From Nitrospirota bacterium (GTDB taxonomy: Bacteria > Nitrospirota > UBA9217), in the NCBI GenBank assembly GCA_963751455.1, contig CAVVUN010000001.1, positions 416,001-480,000 on the forward strand: 64,000 bases of DNA, given 5' to 3'. The position numbers and the translations under genes were made by a program. A model generated the notes under the pieces. It did not search any database. It was not told the origin of the DNA and saw nothing but the letters and a program-made list of their open reading frames with translations. Shown here piece after piece: positions 1 to 10,034 of the stretch (positions are counted from its first letter, which is position 1; each line of letters starts with the position of its first letter).

Positions 1-566
1 CTCAGGGTTTCCTGGGTCGTCACGTCGAAGTCCCTCCAGCGCCTGGCTTCCTGATCATCGGTCTTCATCAAAAGCCAGTTGTCCTTCTCTTCCTCTTTTC
101 CGCTGCTGGTCCGGATCAGTTTCCACTGCCCTTTCAGTTTTCTGCCGTCCAGCTGGAATGCAAGCTTGCCCGCTTCGAGGCTTTTTCGCCAGTCGCCCAC
201 CGGTCGCCACGTGCCCTTATCCCAGACCATTACCGTGCCTGCTCCGTACTGTTTTTCCGGAATCAGGCCCTCGAAATCCGCGTATTCCAGAGGATGGTCT
301 TCAACATGCACCGCCAGCCGCTTTTCCGCGGGATCGTAACTGGGGCCTTTCGGCACGGCCCAGCTTTTCAGCACACCGTCGGCTTCCAGCCGAAGATCAT
401 AATGAAGGCTCCTTGCGGCATGTTTCTGTACGACGAATATGGGCGCAACGGAAGGTTTGCGGACCCCTCCTTCGGGTTCACGCGTTTTATCGAAACGTCT
501 TTTTTGTCGGTATTGCTGCAGGTTGGTTACGTCATGCGGCTTTTTTCTGCTTTTTTCTTCTTTCAT
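1..566 (-). CDS. ligD: DNA ligase D, N-terminal 3'-phosphoesterase domain (runs off the window edge)
   Basis: Not in the ORF track. Manual translation from the ATG at 566 (overlapping the ku 3' end) gives MKEEKSRKKPHDVTNLQQYRQKRRFDKTREPEG...FVVQKHAARSLHYDLRLEADGVLKSWAVPKGPS...KRLAVHVEDHPLEYADFEGLIP...YGAGTVMVWDKGTW, the LigD PE-domain motifs; adjacent to ku. Confidence 0.93.
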   Translation of the reverse strand, partial: MKEEKSRKKPHDVTNLQQYRQKRRFDKTREPEGGVRKPSVAPIFVVQKHAARSLHYDLRLEADGVLKSWAVPKGPSYDPAEKRLAVHVEDHPLEYADFEGLIPEKQYGAGTVMVWDKGTWRPVGDWRKSLEAGKLAFQLDGRKLKGQWKLIRTSSGKEEEKDNWLLMKTDDQEARRWRDFDVTTQETL

Positions 567-1359
567 CTCCCGCTTGCTCCACGCTCTTTTGGAGGAGCTT
601 CATGATGTCCTCAGGCATGGTCGCCGCGGCTTCTTCAACCGGTTCCTCCTCGGCAACTTTTACCATTCCGGTCTTTGCCTTCTGTTCTATCCACGTCATC
701 AAGCGTTCCCGGTACTGGTCTTTGTATTTTTCAGGTTGCCACGTCCCGGTCATCGCCTCCACAAACTTTTCCGCCATTTCAATCTCCTTCGGCGATACCC
801 GGAATTCCTTCACACCTTCTGCGGGAAAATCGTAGTCCGCTTCCTTCCGAAGCTCGGATTTGTAACGGAGCAGATTGAGCATAAGCGCGCGGCCCATGGG
901 GAAAAGAACGGCAACATATTCACGAGTCCTGATGACCACGCGCGCAACGCCCACCTTCCCCGTTTTTCTCAGGGTTTCACGCAGCAGAACATAGCCCTTG
1001 ATGCCGGCCTTGGTAGGTACCAGGTAATAAGGCTTGTCGAAATAAATGCCGCTGATTTCTTCGGCCGGGACAAAATCCTCAAGCTCGACGGTCTGCGTAG
1101 CCTTAACATCAGCCCGTTTGAAATCCTCGTCTCCCAGAAGAACGTATCTCCCTTCTTCGTATTCAAAGCCTTTTACGATATTATCCCAGGGAACCTCCTC
1201 GTCCGTTCTTTCATTAACGCGCTGGTACTTGATTTTCGCGTTGTTCCTGCTGTCGATGAGATTGAAGTGCAGTTCCGAGCGCTGCTCTGCAGGGTAGAGA
1301 GTAACGGGTACGTTGATCAGTCCGAACGATATGTGACCCTTCCAGATGGGACGTGCCAT
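532..1359 (-). CDS. ku: Non-homologous end-joining protein Ku
   Basis: MARPIWKGHISFGLINVPVTLY...IVKGFEY...YFDKPYYLVP...GYVLLRETL motifs; GGAGG SD upstream of the ATG at 1359. Confidence 0.96.
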   Translation of the reverse strand: MARPIWKGHISFGLINVPVTLYPAEQRSELHFNLIDSRNNAKIKYQRVNERTDEEVPWDNIVKGFEYEEGRYVLLGDEDFKRADVKATQTVELEDFVPAEEISGIYFDKPYYLVPTKAGIKGYVLLRETLRKTGKVGVARVVIRTREYVAVLFPMGRALMLNLLRYKSELRKEADYDFPAEGVKEFRVSPKEIEMAEKFVEAMTGTWQPEKYKDQYRERLMTWIEQKAKTGMVKVAEEEPVEEAAATMPEDIMKLLQKSVEQAGDERRKKQKKAA

Positions 1360-1395
1360 GTTGCGCCTCCATAGTTCATCCTGAATACGGCAGTT

Positions 1396-1537
1396 GGGCG
1401 CAGATGAACGCAGATAACTGCAGATCAAACAAAGAATTTTTAGATAAAAAAATTCACTCGCAGGGTGACTGCTTTTACGATACAAGAACGTTTTTTTATC
1501 CGACTTTATCTGCGTTTATCCGATTTTTCTGCGTCCC
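1396..1537. repeat. Period-10 repeat hairpin (GCAGAT units facing ATCTGCG units)
   Basis: gggcgcagatgaacgcagataactgcagat (1396-1425) is complementary to atctgcgtttatccgatttttctgcgtccc (1508-1537). Confidence 0.7.
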
Positions 1538-1562
1538 AAATGCTTTTTTTAGGTTCATGAAA

Positions 1563-1656
1563 AAGACGAGGGACGACCCCCTCACTTCCTTCGCCAGGAC
1601 GATGGGCATTTTGCGTCCCCTCATCCCTCGCCGTCTTTTCGTCCCTCATCCGTCTT
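1563..1656. repeat. Period-7 repeat hairpin (GACGAGG family)
   Basis: acgagggacgacc...cttcgc..ggacgatgg facing gtcccctcatccctcg...tcgtccctcatccgtc; a related copy lies at 60384-60460. Confidence 0.7.
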
Positions 1657-1823
1657 ACACTGCGCGTTCACCACTTCTCCCCCGTTCGGGTGTATGATCT
1701 GGCTCGTAATGTAGGTTTATCAGGAAGACTTTGAACTGTTCGGGAAATTCCCTCGGAAGTTTTCTCTCTGCCATATATTCATGCCGCCTTGTATCCGATG
1801 GCGGAACGGAGGAGAAACCGATT

Positions 1824-2024
1824 TCAGGTCGATTTGCCTCTCCTCCTGCTTGAAGCGGGCGGCACTTTTGCGCCTTTTTTGCGCGCCTCAGACAGGCCTA
1901 TTGCGACGGCCTGTTTTGGGTTCCTGACTTTTTTGCCGCTTTTGCCGCTCTTCAGCTTACCTTCCTTCATTTTTTCCATTGCTGCATGGACTGTCTCCTG
2001 AGCTTTTTTCCCGTAGCGAGCCAT
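1824..2024 (-). CDS. Small basic protein, DUF6496-like
   Basis: ...AMEKMKEGKLKSGKSGKKVRNPKQAVAIGLSEARKKGAKVP family motif; GGAGG SD. Confidence 0.85.
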   Translation of the reverse strand: MARYGKKAQETVHAAMEKMKEGKLKSGKSGKKVRNPKQAVAIGLSEARKKGAKVPPASSRRRGKST

Positions 2025-2034
2025 TGTTTCCTCC

Positions 2035-2538
2035 TTAGGCCGCTTTTTTCTCGGTCTTCTGCTCCTGAATCTGCTGTGTTATCTCCTGAATCTGATCCTT
2101 CTCAAGTATTTTCTTTGCCATCTTGAATGTGTTCTTCTCCTCTTCTTCAAGATGATGGTTTACTATTTCGTGAAGTACATTCATCTTTGCCTGCCATCGT
2201 TCATCATCCATCTTCAGTTTCTCTAATTCGCCGAGTACGGTCTTCGCTACATTGTGTTCCTCATAGGCCTCGAGGGCTTTCTCGCGTGCATCTTCGGCTT
2301 GCTGAAGAACCGGATAAAAAAACTTTTCTTCGAGTTCCATATGCATCTGCAGCTCCGACTCCAATTCCGGAAACAGTTCTTCCCTGTTTTCGCCTTCTTC
2401 ATCCTCCTCTATCTGCTCAAACAAGTCCCTCACCTTTTCATGGTCCTGCAGCAGCAGATCAATAAACGTCGTTTCCGATTTCCCTCGCTGCTGGGTTCTG
2501 CCCTTGCTTCCGGTTTGTTTTGCTTTGCTTGCAGGCAT
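2035..2538 (-). CDS. Hemerythrin (HHE) domain protein
   Basis: LLLQDH...HMELEEKFFYP...EEH...HHLEEEE metal-binding pattern. Confidence 0.9.
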   Translation of the reverse strand: MPASKAKQTGSKGRTQQRGKSETTFIDLLLQDHEKVRDLFEQIEEDEEGENREELFPELESELQMHMELEEKFFYPVLQQAEDAREKALEAYEEHNVAKTVLGELEKLKMDDERWQAKMNVLHEIVNHHLEEEEKNTFKMAKKILEKDQIQEITQQIQEQKTEKKAA

Positions 2539-2615
2539 CGTACACCTCCTCCCGGAGTTCTACTCCGGATCGCTGTATCTTCGCGGTATCAGGTTTGGCA
2601 GGGACTAAGTCCTGC

Positions 2616-3785
2616 CTATGGTTTAAGCACTACTTTTATGCACTCCTCATCCTTGTTCTTGAAGATATCGTACGCATGGGGACCGTCTTCCAGGTTCAGC
2701 CGGTGCGTGATAACAAACGAAGGATCGATGTCCCCTTTTTCTATATGCTCCAGCAGAATCCGCATATATTTCTGAACATGAGTCTGTCCCATCCTGAAGG
2801 TCAGCCCTTTCTGAAATGCCGCTCCGAAATTGATCTTGTCGAGTAGACCTCCGTAGACGCCGGGAACAGAGACGATGCCGCCCTTTCGGCAAGCCTGTAT
2901 CGCCTGGCGGAGCACCGTCGGACGATCTGTCTGAAGCCGGACCGTTTGTTTGGCCTTGTCATAGAGACCCACAATTCCTGTCCCGTGGGCTTCCATACCG
3001 ACCGCATCAATGCACGCGTCCGGTCCCCTGCCGTCCGTCATATCATTCAACGTGCTCAGGACCTCTGCCTCCTCGTAATTGATCACTTCGGCATATCCCA
3101 TTTTTTTTGCCAGCAACAGGCGTTCTTCGATCCGGTCTATTGCAATGACACGTTTCGCGCCCAGAAGCCTGGCGCTCTGTATTGCAAACTGCCCGACCGG
3201 GCCGCATCCCCATACCGCAACGACATCATCAGATTTTATTTCGCAATACTGCGCAGCCTGATAACCGGTCGGCAAAACATCGGACAGAAAAAGAACCTGC
3301 TCGTCAGTCAGTTCATGAGGCACTTTTATAGGGCCGATGTCGGCATAAGGGACGCGAACGTACTCCGCCTGCCCACCGGGATATCCTCCGAGCAGGTGAG
3401 AGTAACCATAGATCCCGGCCGGCGAATGTCCCCAGAATTTTTGCGCCATATCGGCATTCGGGTTGGAATTGTCACACAGGGCATATTCCTCACGCTTGCA
3501 GTGATAACAGGCTCCGCACGATATCGGGAAGGGAACCACGACCCGGTCCCCTTTTTTGAGGTTAGTCACAGCCGAACCGGTCTCAACCACTTTCCCCATG
3601 AACTCATGGCCTATGATATCGCCTTTCTCGGTCGTCGGAATGTAGCCGTCATAAATATGAAGATCCGACCCGCAAATCGATGTCAACGCGATTTTTATTA
3701 TTGCATCCCGGGGGTTGAGAATGACAGGATCGGGCGCAGCTTCAACCCGAATATCGTGGGTCCCAAACCATTGCAATGCTTTCAT
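2616..3785 (-). CDS. Zinc-dependent alcohol/formaldehyde dehydrogenase (MDR family)
   Basis: ICGSDLH, GHEFMG, CGACYHC..C and GCGPVG Rossmann motifs. Confidence 0.93.
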   Translation of the reverse strand: MKALQWFGTHDIRVEAAPDPVILNPRDAIIKIALTSICGSDLHIYDGYIPTTEKGDIIGHEFMGKVVETGSAVTNLKKGDRVVVPFPISCGACYHCKREEYALCDNSNPNADMAQKFWGHSPAGIYGYSHLLGGYPGGQAEYVRVPYADIGPIKVPHELTDEQVLFLSDVLPTGYQAAQYCEIKSDDVVAVWGCGPVGQFAIQSARLLGAKRVIAIDRIEERLLLAKKMGYAEVINYEEAEVLSTLNDMTDGRGPDACIDAVGMEAHGTGIVGLYDKAKQTVRLQTDRPTVLRQAIQACRKGGIVSVPGVYGGLLDKINFGAAFQKGLTFRMGQTHVQKYMRILLEHIEKGDIDPSFVITHRLNLEDGPHAYDIFKNKDEECIKVVLKP

Positions 3786-3873
3786 CTTTCAATCCTTTAT
3801 CGAACGTTTTTTAATAATATTTCTGTGCCGGGGACACCGTTCCCTTACCTCCACAGTGCCCCCGGCACCTCGA

Positions 3874-4047
3874 TCATACGCGTGGCCCGCGTCTCATCAA
3901 TCCCATAATCAGTGAAACCACAAAGATTACGAGAAAGATAAAGAAAAGAACCTTCGCAATACCTGCTGCCGCCGTCGCAGCTCCTCCAAATCCAAGGAAC
4001 GCGGCAATTAGCGCGATAACGAAGAATACCGCTGCCCAGTAAAGCAT
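3874..4047 (-). CDS. DUF1328 (YtjA-like) small membrane protein
   Basis: 57 aa, below the ORF-track cutoff: [57 protein letters not shown]; AGGAGG SD. Confidence 0.92.
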   Translation of the reverse strand: MLYWAAVFFVIALIAAFLGFGGAATAAAGIAKVLFFIFLVIFVVSLIMGLMRRGPRV

Positions 4048-4263
4048 GGTTACCTCCTTTGGTCACCTGTTACCCTGTTTGCCGAATAGAATGTTTTAAC
4101 AGGATGTATTGTTCGTGACCCACCTTAATGTCAGCAGAAGTTCACGAACCATGCATGCGCCAGCATGCTCCGGTCGTCTCCCTTGCTGAGCGCCGTTTTA
4201 AAACGGCGATGCTGCTTCTTCACTCTCCTCTGAAAAAAGAGTTCGTGCGTTATAGGCATCCAT

Positions 4264-4593
4264 TCACTTTTTCTTTATCATGAGGAGATTATTTACCTTT
4301 GTCACTCCATACACGCTTTTCGCAATCGCTTCTGCACGGTCTTTCTGCTCTTCGGTGTCAACCGCGCCGTTCAGCGTTACGTTTCCTTCAAACGTGTTGA
4401 CACTGATCGCCATTCCTTTCAAAATGCTCTCTTCATAGAGTTTTGCCTTAACCTTCGTGGTAATCGTGGTATCATCTACTACCTCTCCGGACGTCCGGCC
4501 GGCCGGTGTTCTGCAGGCACTCAGCGTAAGCATCAGCATAAAGAGCATTACCGTGCCTGCGATCGCTCTGCGGGTGTTATCGTGCATGTTCAT
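4264..4593 (-). CDS. BON-domain lipoprotein (OsmY-like)
   Basis: Lipobox LSAC; DDTTITTKVKAKL...ISVNTFEGNVTLNGAV...GVTKVNNLL. Confidence 0.92.
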   Translation of the reverse strand: MNMHDNTRRAIAGTVMLFMLMLTLSACRTPAGRTSGEVVDDTTITTKVKAKLYEESILKGMAISVNTFEGNVTLNGAVDTEEQKDRAEAIAKSVYGVTKVNNLLMIKKK

Positions 4594-4961
4594 CGTCCAC
4601 CTTCCTTAAAATATGCGGATTAATATTCGTTGCCATGCCTTTACTTCCGTTCACTTGGTCTTTCAGTTTTTTCCAGTCGCTGTACCATGTCCGGGATTCT
4701 CATAATTCAATGCTAGCATGGACTTTCTTTTTGTCAATAAATTACAGGAAAGAGCGAATAGGTCCACAATAGATCTGTTTTTTTCTCTAGTACAAAGGAT
4801 TGAAGCACTCAGAGGAATATTAGTGAAGTAACATCTTAAGGACTGAAAATATATGTTGCTTCCTTGGTTCAATTGATATACTATTTTTCTGCTGGAGTAA
4901 GCATTGAACGCTCATCATCACCTGCGCGCACTGCTCCAATTAAAATGAAATAATAGGAGGT

Positions 4962-5414
4962 ATGTTCATGCCGGAAATTGTGAAGGTATCAACCGTAGAG
5001 AACAGCTTGAAACTGATGGGAGTCATCGAGGAATATTTCAAAAACAATCGGTTTGCCGAAATCACACAGGCAATCGGCATACACTCAGTACTTATAGACC
5101 CTCAGCGCGCGATAAGCAACCAGGCAACCTCGTACCGTGCGGTCCTGAACATGCTGAAAAACAGGATCTCCGTCAAGCTCGGCAAGAAATACGGCGAGTG
5201 GTATGCGGAATTTCCAAAGATAATGGACCAGCTTGTATCAGCCGGACAGAATCCGGTGGACCAGTCCGTCAAATCAATGCTATCCTCGCATTTTAACGGC
5301 TTCAGTTCTTTTAAATCTGTTGATGGTTTTTTCTTCTGGTCTCTTGAGGACAGGAGACTGCCCCTGGATCAGATCGTGAAACTCATCGAAAAAACTACGC
5401 AGAAATACGCGTAA
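4962..5414 (+). CDS. Hypothetical protein
   Basis: 150-aa ORF with a strong AGGAGGT SD; no family recognised. Confidence 0.7.
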   Translation: MFMPEIVKVSTVENSLKLMGVIEEYFKNNRFAEITQAIGIHSVLIDPQRAISNQATSYRAVLNMLKNRISVKLGKKYGEWYAEFPKIMDQLVSAGQNPVDQSVKSMLSSHFNGFSSFKSVDGFFFWSLEDRRLPLDQIVKLIEKTTQKYA

Positions 5415-5470
5415 GGACCTTAACTCGTTTCTGAGCCTTTGGGGCAATTGAGAATCTGGTTCCGTAGTTT

Positions 5471-6502
5471 TTAGAGTAATGGCTGGATTTTTTCTAAAAC
5501 TGCTGCTACGGAAATGTCTTCCATGCACCGGTTTTTGTTATCGCACTTCCGCTTGAAACATGGCGAACAATCAATACCGGCCCGTATTGAGACGCATGAC
5601 GGGCCGTAGGGACCCGTCCTCCAGGGAGCCGTCGGTCCGAACAGCGCGACCACCTTCGCCCCCGCCGCCGCCGCAATATGCATGGGGCCTGTGTCAGTGG
5701 TAATGAAGAGATCGCACAATCCGGCAAGAGCCGCCAATTCCTTGAGCGAAGTTTCCCCCGCCCAGTTCGAAGCCTCGCTGCTCATGCCGTCGCATATTCT
5801 CTTAATCGTATCCCTGTCCTGGCGGCTTCCGGTAAAGATTATAGTTGCGTTTTTCTCGGATTGCATTCGGTCAGCCAGAGCGGAAAAGTTCCTCTCGGAC
5901 CACAGCTTGGTTTTCCATCTCGCAACAGGGTTGATGACGACAAGGGGGCTCCCCTCTTTTCTGACCGCAGCGGCACGCGCGGCCATCCGTACACGTTCAG
6001 GTTCAATGGAGAGGATGCAGGACGTCGCCGGGTTCTCTGCACCGAGATGACGCACAATATCCAGATACCGTTCAAGAGCATGTCTCTCGATATCGAACGC
6101 AGGCAGCCGCTCATTAAGAAACAGGTACGATAACTCGCGGGTGCCGTTGAAACCGATTTTGCGGTGAGCACGCGTTATTCCGATAAGCACGCCGCTCTTA
6201 AAGAGCCCCTGAAAGTCTATCGCGATGTCGTAGGTATCGCTCCGCAGTTCTCGAATGAAACGGATAACGCTTCGAAGCCCCTGCATGAACGTGTCTCGTT
6301 TCGTCATCATGCGCATCCACTTTTTTCTTTCCGACACGAGAACCTTGTCAATCAGAGGATGCCCCTCTATCAGGCCTGCGGCGGCTTCTTCCACAAGCCA
6401 GGTAATGCGGCTCTCAGGGTATTTCTTTTTGATGGTTTCCAATGCAGGCAGCGTTTGGACTACATCGCCGATAGCGGATAACTTGATAAAGAGTATCTTC
6501 AT
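5471..6502 (-). CDS. LPS heptosyltransferase (glycosyltransferase family 9, WaaC/WaaF type)
   Basis: MKILFIKLSAIGDVVQTLP...DFQGLFKS...DTGPMHIAAA..ALFGPT; start set at MKILF. Confidence 0.93.
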   Translation of the reverse strand: MKILFIKLSAIGDVVQTLPALETIKKKYPESRITWLVEEAAAGLIEGHPLIDKVLVSERKKWMRMMTKRDTFMQGLRSVIRFIRELRSDTYDIAIDFQGLFKSGVLIGITRAHRKIGFNGTRELSYLFLNERLPAFDIERHALERYLDIVRHLGAENPATSCILSIEPERVRMAARAAAVRKEGSPLVVINPVARWKTKLWSERNFSALADRMQSEKNATIIFTGSRQDRDTIKRICDGMSSEASNWAGETSLKELAALAGLCDLFITTDTGPMHIAAAAGAKVVALFGPTAPWRTGPYGPSCVSIRAGIDCSPCFKRKCDNKNRCMEDISVAAVLEKIQPLL

Positions 6503-6737
6503 GAAAACTGGATTGAGCGTCAGCGAGCAGACATGTGGCGTTGAGCTTGAAAGAATTTTACCTGATACAGCGTGTAATAGCAAGATTTACTTGCTCAATC
6601 TATTCCTGCAGCGGATGCGCCCTTCTTTTATCTTGCATTTTCAGTGTATTTTGATACAATTTTTGGTGATTCGTATCACACTCCTGGGCATGGATCGTCC
6701 TGCCTTTAGAATTAAAAACTCATAAAACAAGGAGGGG

Positions 6738-7304
6738 TTGGTCATGGCTGTCCGGACAAAAGGAAAGAATAAAGCTATAAAATCAAAGGCGCGAAAAACC
6801 GCCGGTAAAAAAAAGGTGAGAAATACAACAGTAAAGAAAAAAGCAGGTACCCCGAAAAAGGCAGTAGCAAATAAAACCGCTCAAAAAAAAGCAGCGAAAA
6901 AAAAGACGGCTGGAAAGAAAAAGTCACCTACGAAGCGCGCCCGGAAGCCGGCAGCGCAAACCTTATCGATGACTTCAATGGAGCTTAAATCTGCGATGGT
7001 CGAACCGGGGCCGTCTGCTGGCGGGATTCCACCCGTTGAAGAACCCGCTGAAAATGAGGAAGCGGTCGGCACGGTGACGCATTACTACAGTGACCTCGGA
7101 GTCGCTATTATCCAGATCAACAAGGACAGACTCAAGACAGGCGATACTATTCATATCCAGGGACATACCACTGATTTTAGTCAGAAAGTCGAATCGATGG
7201 AATACGAGCACCGCCGGGTCGAGGACGCCTGCGCCGGCCAGAGCATCGGCGTGAAGGTAATCGATCACACTCGGGAGCATGACATCGTATATCGCGTCAA
7301 ATAG
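6738..7304 (+). CDS. Lys/Ala-rich N-terminus fused to a translation-factor-like beta-barrel
   Basis: KKTA/KKAA low-complexity N-terminal half; C-terminal VGTVTHYY..GVA..LKTGDTIHIQGHTTDFSQKVESM..AGQSIGVKV. Confidence 0.75.
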   Translation: MVMAVRTKGKNKAIKSKARKTAGKKKVRNTTVKKKAGTPKKAVANKTAQKKAAKKKTAGKKKSPTKRARKPAAQTLSMTSMELKSAMVEPGPSAGGIPPVEEPAENEEAVGTVTHYYSDLGVAIIQINKDRLKTGDTIHIQGHTTDFSQKVESMEYEHRRVEDACAGQSIGVKVIDHTREHDIVYRVK

Positions 7305-7458
7305 CATTTCAGCGTTCCGTTCCAGAGCGCAGGTTGTTATCTGCGCTTTTTTTGCACCCGCTGTGGTAAAATTAATTAGAATCATTAAGGTTTAATGGTG
7401 CATAGGCACGGCGAAGAGCGTTAAAACGCTCGCGTTGCGCCCTGCGGAGGAGTAGCCC

Positions 7459-9132
7459 ATCCCTTCTGTTCATGGCAACATAACCGGTCTCAAACCGGCT
7501 GAGATCAGGATGCTCAAGCGTCTCTACCGGAGAAAGACGCCTCCCGGTATGATCATCACCGCAGAAGCCGCCCGCGCGCTGACCGAAGCGTCAGCCGCGA
7601 TAGGAAGGCAGGTGGGATTAATCATGGACAGGGCCGGGAACATTAGGGACGTCCTCGTCGGCACAAATAAAGACATCCTGATACCGGACCTTTCCGAACA
7701 CCGTCTCGGCGCCCGGCGGCTCCGCGGGGTAAGGCTGCTACACACTCACCTCAGAGACCAGCCGCTGAACCAGGAGGACCTCACGGACCTCGCGCTGCTC
7801 AGGCTCGACATGATTGCCTCGGTGGCGGTACGCCCCGACGGTCTTCCGGGAAATATCTCCATCGCACATTTGCTTCCGCCGAACCAGGAAGAAAGAATGT
7901 ACGAAGTAGAACAACCGCGGCCGGTCCATACACTCGGTCCCGACAGCGCGGATTTCATCCCTGAGCTTGAACGCGAAATGGAGCGTGCGCAAATCGCCCG
8001 GGAAGTGGCCGTAAAAGATCGGGCGATTCTCGTCAGTGTTTCTAAAAGAAGCAGGCATGAGCAGGAAGAGTCCCTCGATGAATTGAAAGAACTTGCAAGA
8101 TCAGACGGAATCACGGTTCTTGACTCGGTAATTCAGCGGCCGCACGATATTAATCCTAAATATCTGCTGGGCGAAGGCAAGCTTAAGGAGTTGATTATCC
8201 GGTCCCAGCAGCTCGGTGCAGATCTGATCGTCTTCGGCCAGAACCTCACGCCGGCGCAGGTAAAAGCGATCGGCGACATTAGCGAAATGCGCGTAATCGA
8301 CCGCACCCAGCTGATCCTTGATATCTTTGCCCGAAGGGCGCACAGCGGAGACGGAAAGGTGCAGGTCGAACTGGCTCAACTCAAGTACCGCCTGCCGCGC
8401 CTTTCCGAGCGCTCTACGGCGTTGTCCCGTCTTACAGGCGGTATCGGAGGCAGGGGCCCGGGCGAAACGAGACTTGAAATAGACATGCGACGCGCGCGTG
8501 ACAGGATTCGAAGGCTCGAAAACCAGTTGGATTCACTGGGCAGGGCAAGAGGACAGCGCAGAGAGAAACGGATCAAAAGCTCTGTGCCGATCGTTTCCAT
8601 AGCCGGATACACGAATGCCGGCAAATCGACGCTCTTTAATGCTCTTACGAAATCGGCGGTCAAAGCCGAGAACCTCCTTTTTGCAACGCTGGATACCGCT
8701 ACCCGCAGACTGCGTTTTCCTCGTGATCGGGAAGTGGTCATTACCGATACCGTGGGTTTTATCAAGGATCTGCCTAAAGATCTTCTGGGCGCGTTCAAGG
8801 CAACGCTCGACGAAATGCAGGATGCTGACCTGATCCTTCATGTCGTCGACATCAGCAATCCCAGGTTCGAGCAGCAGATGGAGTCCGTCAACGGTCTTTT
8901 GTCGGAAATCGGACTTGATCACATACCGCAGCTTCATGTTTTCAATAAGGTGGACCTCGTGGACACGGCGTGGGCGAAGACGATTGCGGACCGCTTCAAC
9001 GGACTAGTCTGTTCGGCCGTCAAACCGGAAACGTTCGGAGATTTACTGAAAGAGATAGAAAGAATAATATGGCCGGATAAAAACCTGGAGATGAAGATCC
9101 ATGCCGTCGGTAAAGGGCATGGCGGTGGTTGA
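7459..9132 (+). CDS. hflX: Ribosome-splitting GTPase HflX (long N-terminal form); probable ATC start
   Basis: DRTQLILDIFARRA, GKVQVELAQLKY, GGRGPGET, GYTNAGKST, LFATLD, DTVGFI and NKVD motifs. The in-frame GNITGLK segment lies upstream of ATG 7510; GGAGGAG SD precedes ATC 7459. Confidence 0.95.
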   Translation: MPSVHGNITGLKPAEIRMLKRLYRRKTPPGMIITAEAARALTEASAAIGRQVGLIMDRAGNIRDVLVGTNKDILIPDLSEHRLGARRLRGVRLLHTHLRDQPLNQEDLTDLALLRLDMIASVAVRPDGLPGNISIAHLLPPNQEERMYEVEQPRPVHTLGPDSADFIPELEREMERAQIAREVAVKDRAILVSVSKRSRHEQEESLDELKELARSDGITVLDSVIQRPHDINPKYLLGEGKLKELIIRSQQLGADLIVFGQNLTPAQVKAIGDISEMRVIDRTQLILDIFARRAHSGDGKVQVELAQLKYRLPRLSERSTALSRLTGGIGGRGPGETRLEIDMRRARDRIRRLENQLDSLGRARGQRREKRIKSSVPIVSIAGYTNAGKSTLFNALTKSAVKAENLLFATLDTATRRLRFPRDREVVITDTVGFIKDLPKDLLGAFKATLDEMQDADLILHVVDISNPRFEQQMESVNGLLSEIGLDHIPQLHVFNKVDLVDTAWAKTIADRFNGLVCSAVKPETFGDLLKEIERIIWPDKNLEMKIHAVGKGHGGG

Positions 9133-9145
9133 CACTAGCGTCGGT

Positions 9146-9877
9146 TTACTCGGCACATCGGACTATGTACTTCTGAAAAATACCGTTCTTATTTGATGTC
9201 CCGTTGTTCTTTGTTTCACTTCCATTCGACATTACATTCTGCAGCATCCTGCCGTTATCTAAAATATGTTTTATTTGTTCGCGCTGTTTTTCGTTCAACC
9301 CGCCGCTCAGCTCTTCAAGCAGGATCACCGAACAGCCGATGATAATAGTGAGCGACGATCTGAATTGGCTATGTATCCTGGCAATAAATTCGGTCTTCGT
9401 GCAGCTATCTGCTTCTGCTGTTTGCCGCGCCTGCAGGAGTTCCTTTGTGCGATTATGCACCCGGCTTTCAAGCTGCTCCTCCAACATCTGGACTTTTTCA
9501 TCCAATTCCTGCTTTTCCACGGCCTGCCTTATCTGGATCAATAATTGACCGGGATCATAGGGTTTCAGAAGATACCCGAAGGCCCAACTGTCTGCAGCTT
9601 CAGCAGCCATATCCAACGTTTCTTTTCCGGTCAGGATGATCACTTCGGGGGACAATAGATATCTGCGTCTCCTCAAAATCAAATCGACATCCTGTACATG
9701 TTCTGGTTTCTTGATGTCGATCAAAATAATCTGCGGCCCTTTTTGAGGTAAATTCGCGAGTCCTTCTGTCCCATGGCCGGCTACGAGTGTTTCATAACCC
9801 GCTCTGGTGATCAGGTCCGAAAGGGTGTTTCTCGAATGCTCATCGTCGTCGACAATAAGAACTGTCGGAATGCGCAT
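9146..9877 (-). CDS. Response regulator receiver domain with a C-terminal HisKA-like segment
   Basis: VLIVDDD...ILIDIKKP...LLKPY; C-terminal KTEFIARIHSQFRSSLTIIIG..LNEKQRE resembles a degenerate HisKA with no HATPase. Confidence 0.8.
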   Translation of the reverse strand: MRIPTVLIVDDDEHSRNTLSDLITRAGYETLVAGHGTEGLANLPQKGPQIILIDIKKPEHVQDVDLILRRRRYLLSPEVIILTGKETLDMAAEAADSWAFGYLLKPYDPGQLLIQIRQAVEKQELDEKVQMLEEQLESRVHNRTKELLQARQTAEADSCTKTEFIARIHSQFRSSLTIIIGCSVILLEELSGGLNEKQREQIKHILDNGRMLQNVMSNGSETKNNGTSNKNGIFQKYIVRCAE

Positions 9878-10034
9878 GCCTGTTTTTTCCTTCTCGCAGT
9901 TTATCTCTTAAAACAAAGATACTTTAGCATCAGGTTCCTTATTTGTCTATCCGTAGAACTACGTAGGTAAATGGACTACAAGATAAGAGCTGAAAGGACG
10001 CGCAGCTGCCAGGCCAATGACGAGATAAAAAGGG

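Noticed and set aside
1655-1774. 39-aa minus-strand ORF MAERKLPREFPEQFKVFLINLHYEPDH...
   Set aside because: Weak SD and no recognisable family; cannot be supported without homologues.
3845-4066. ORF-track 73-aa ORF
   Set aside because: Wrong frame; the real gene is DUF1328 at 3874-4047.
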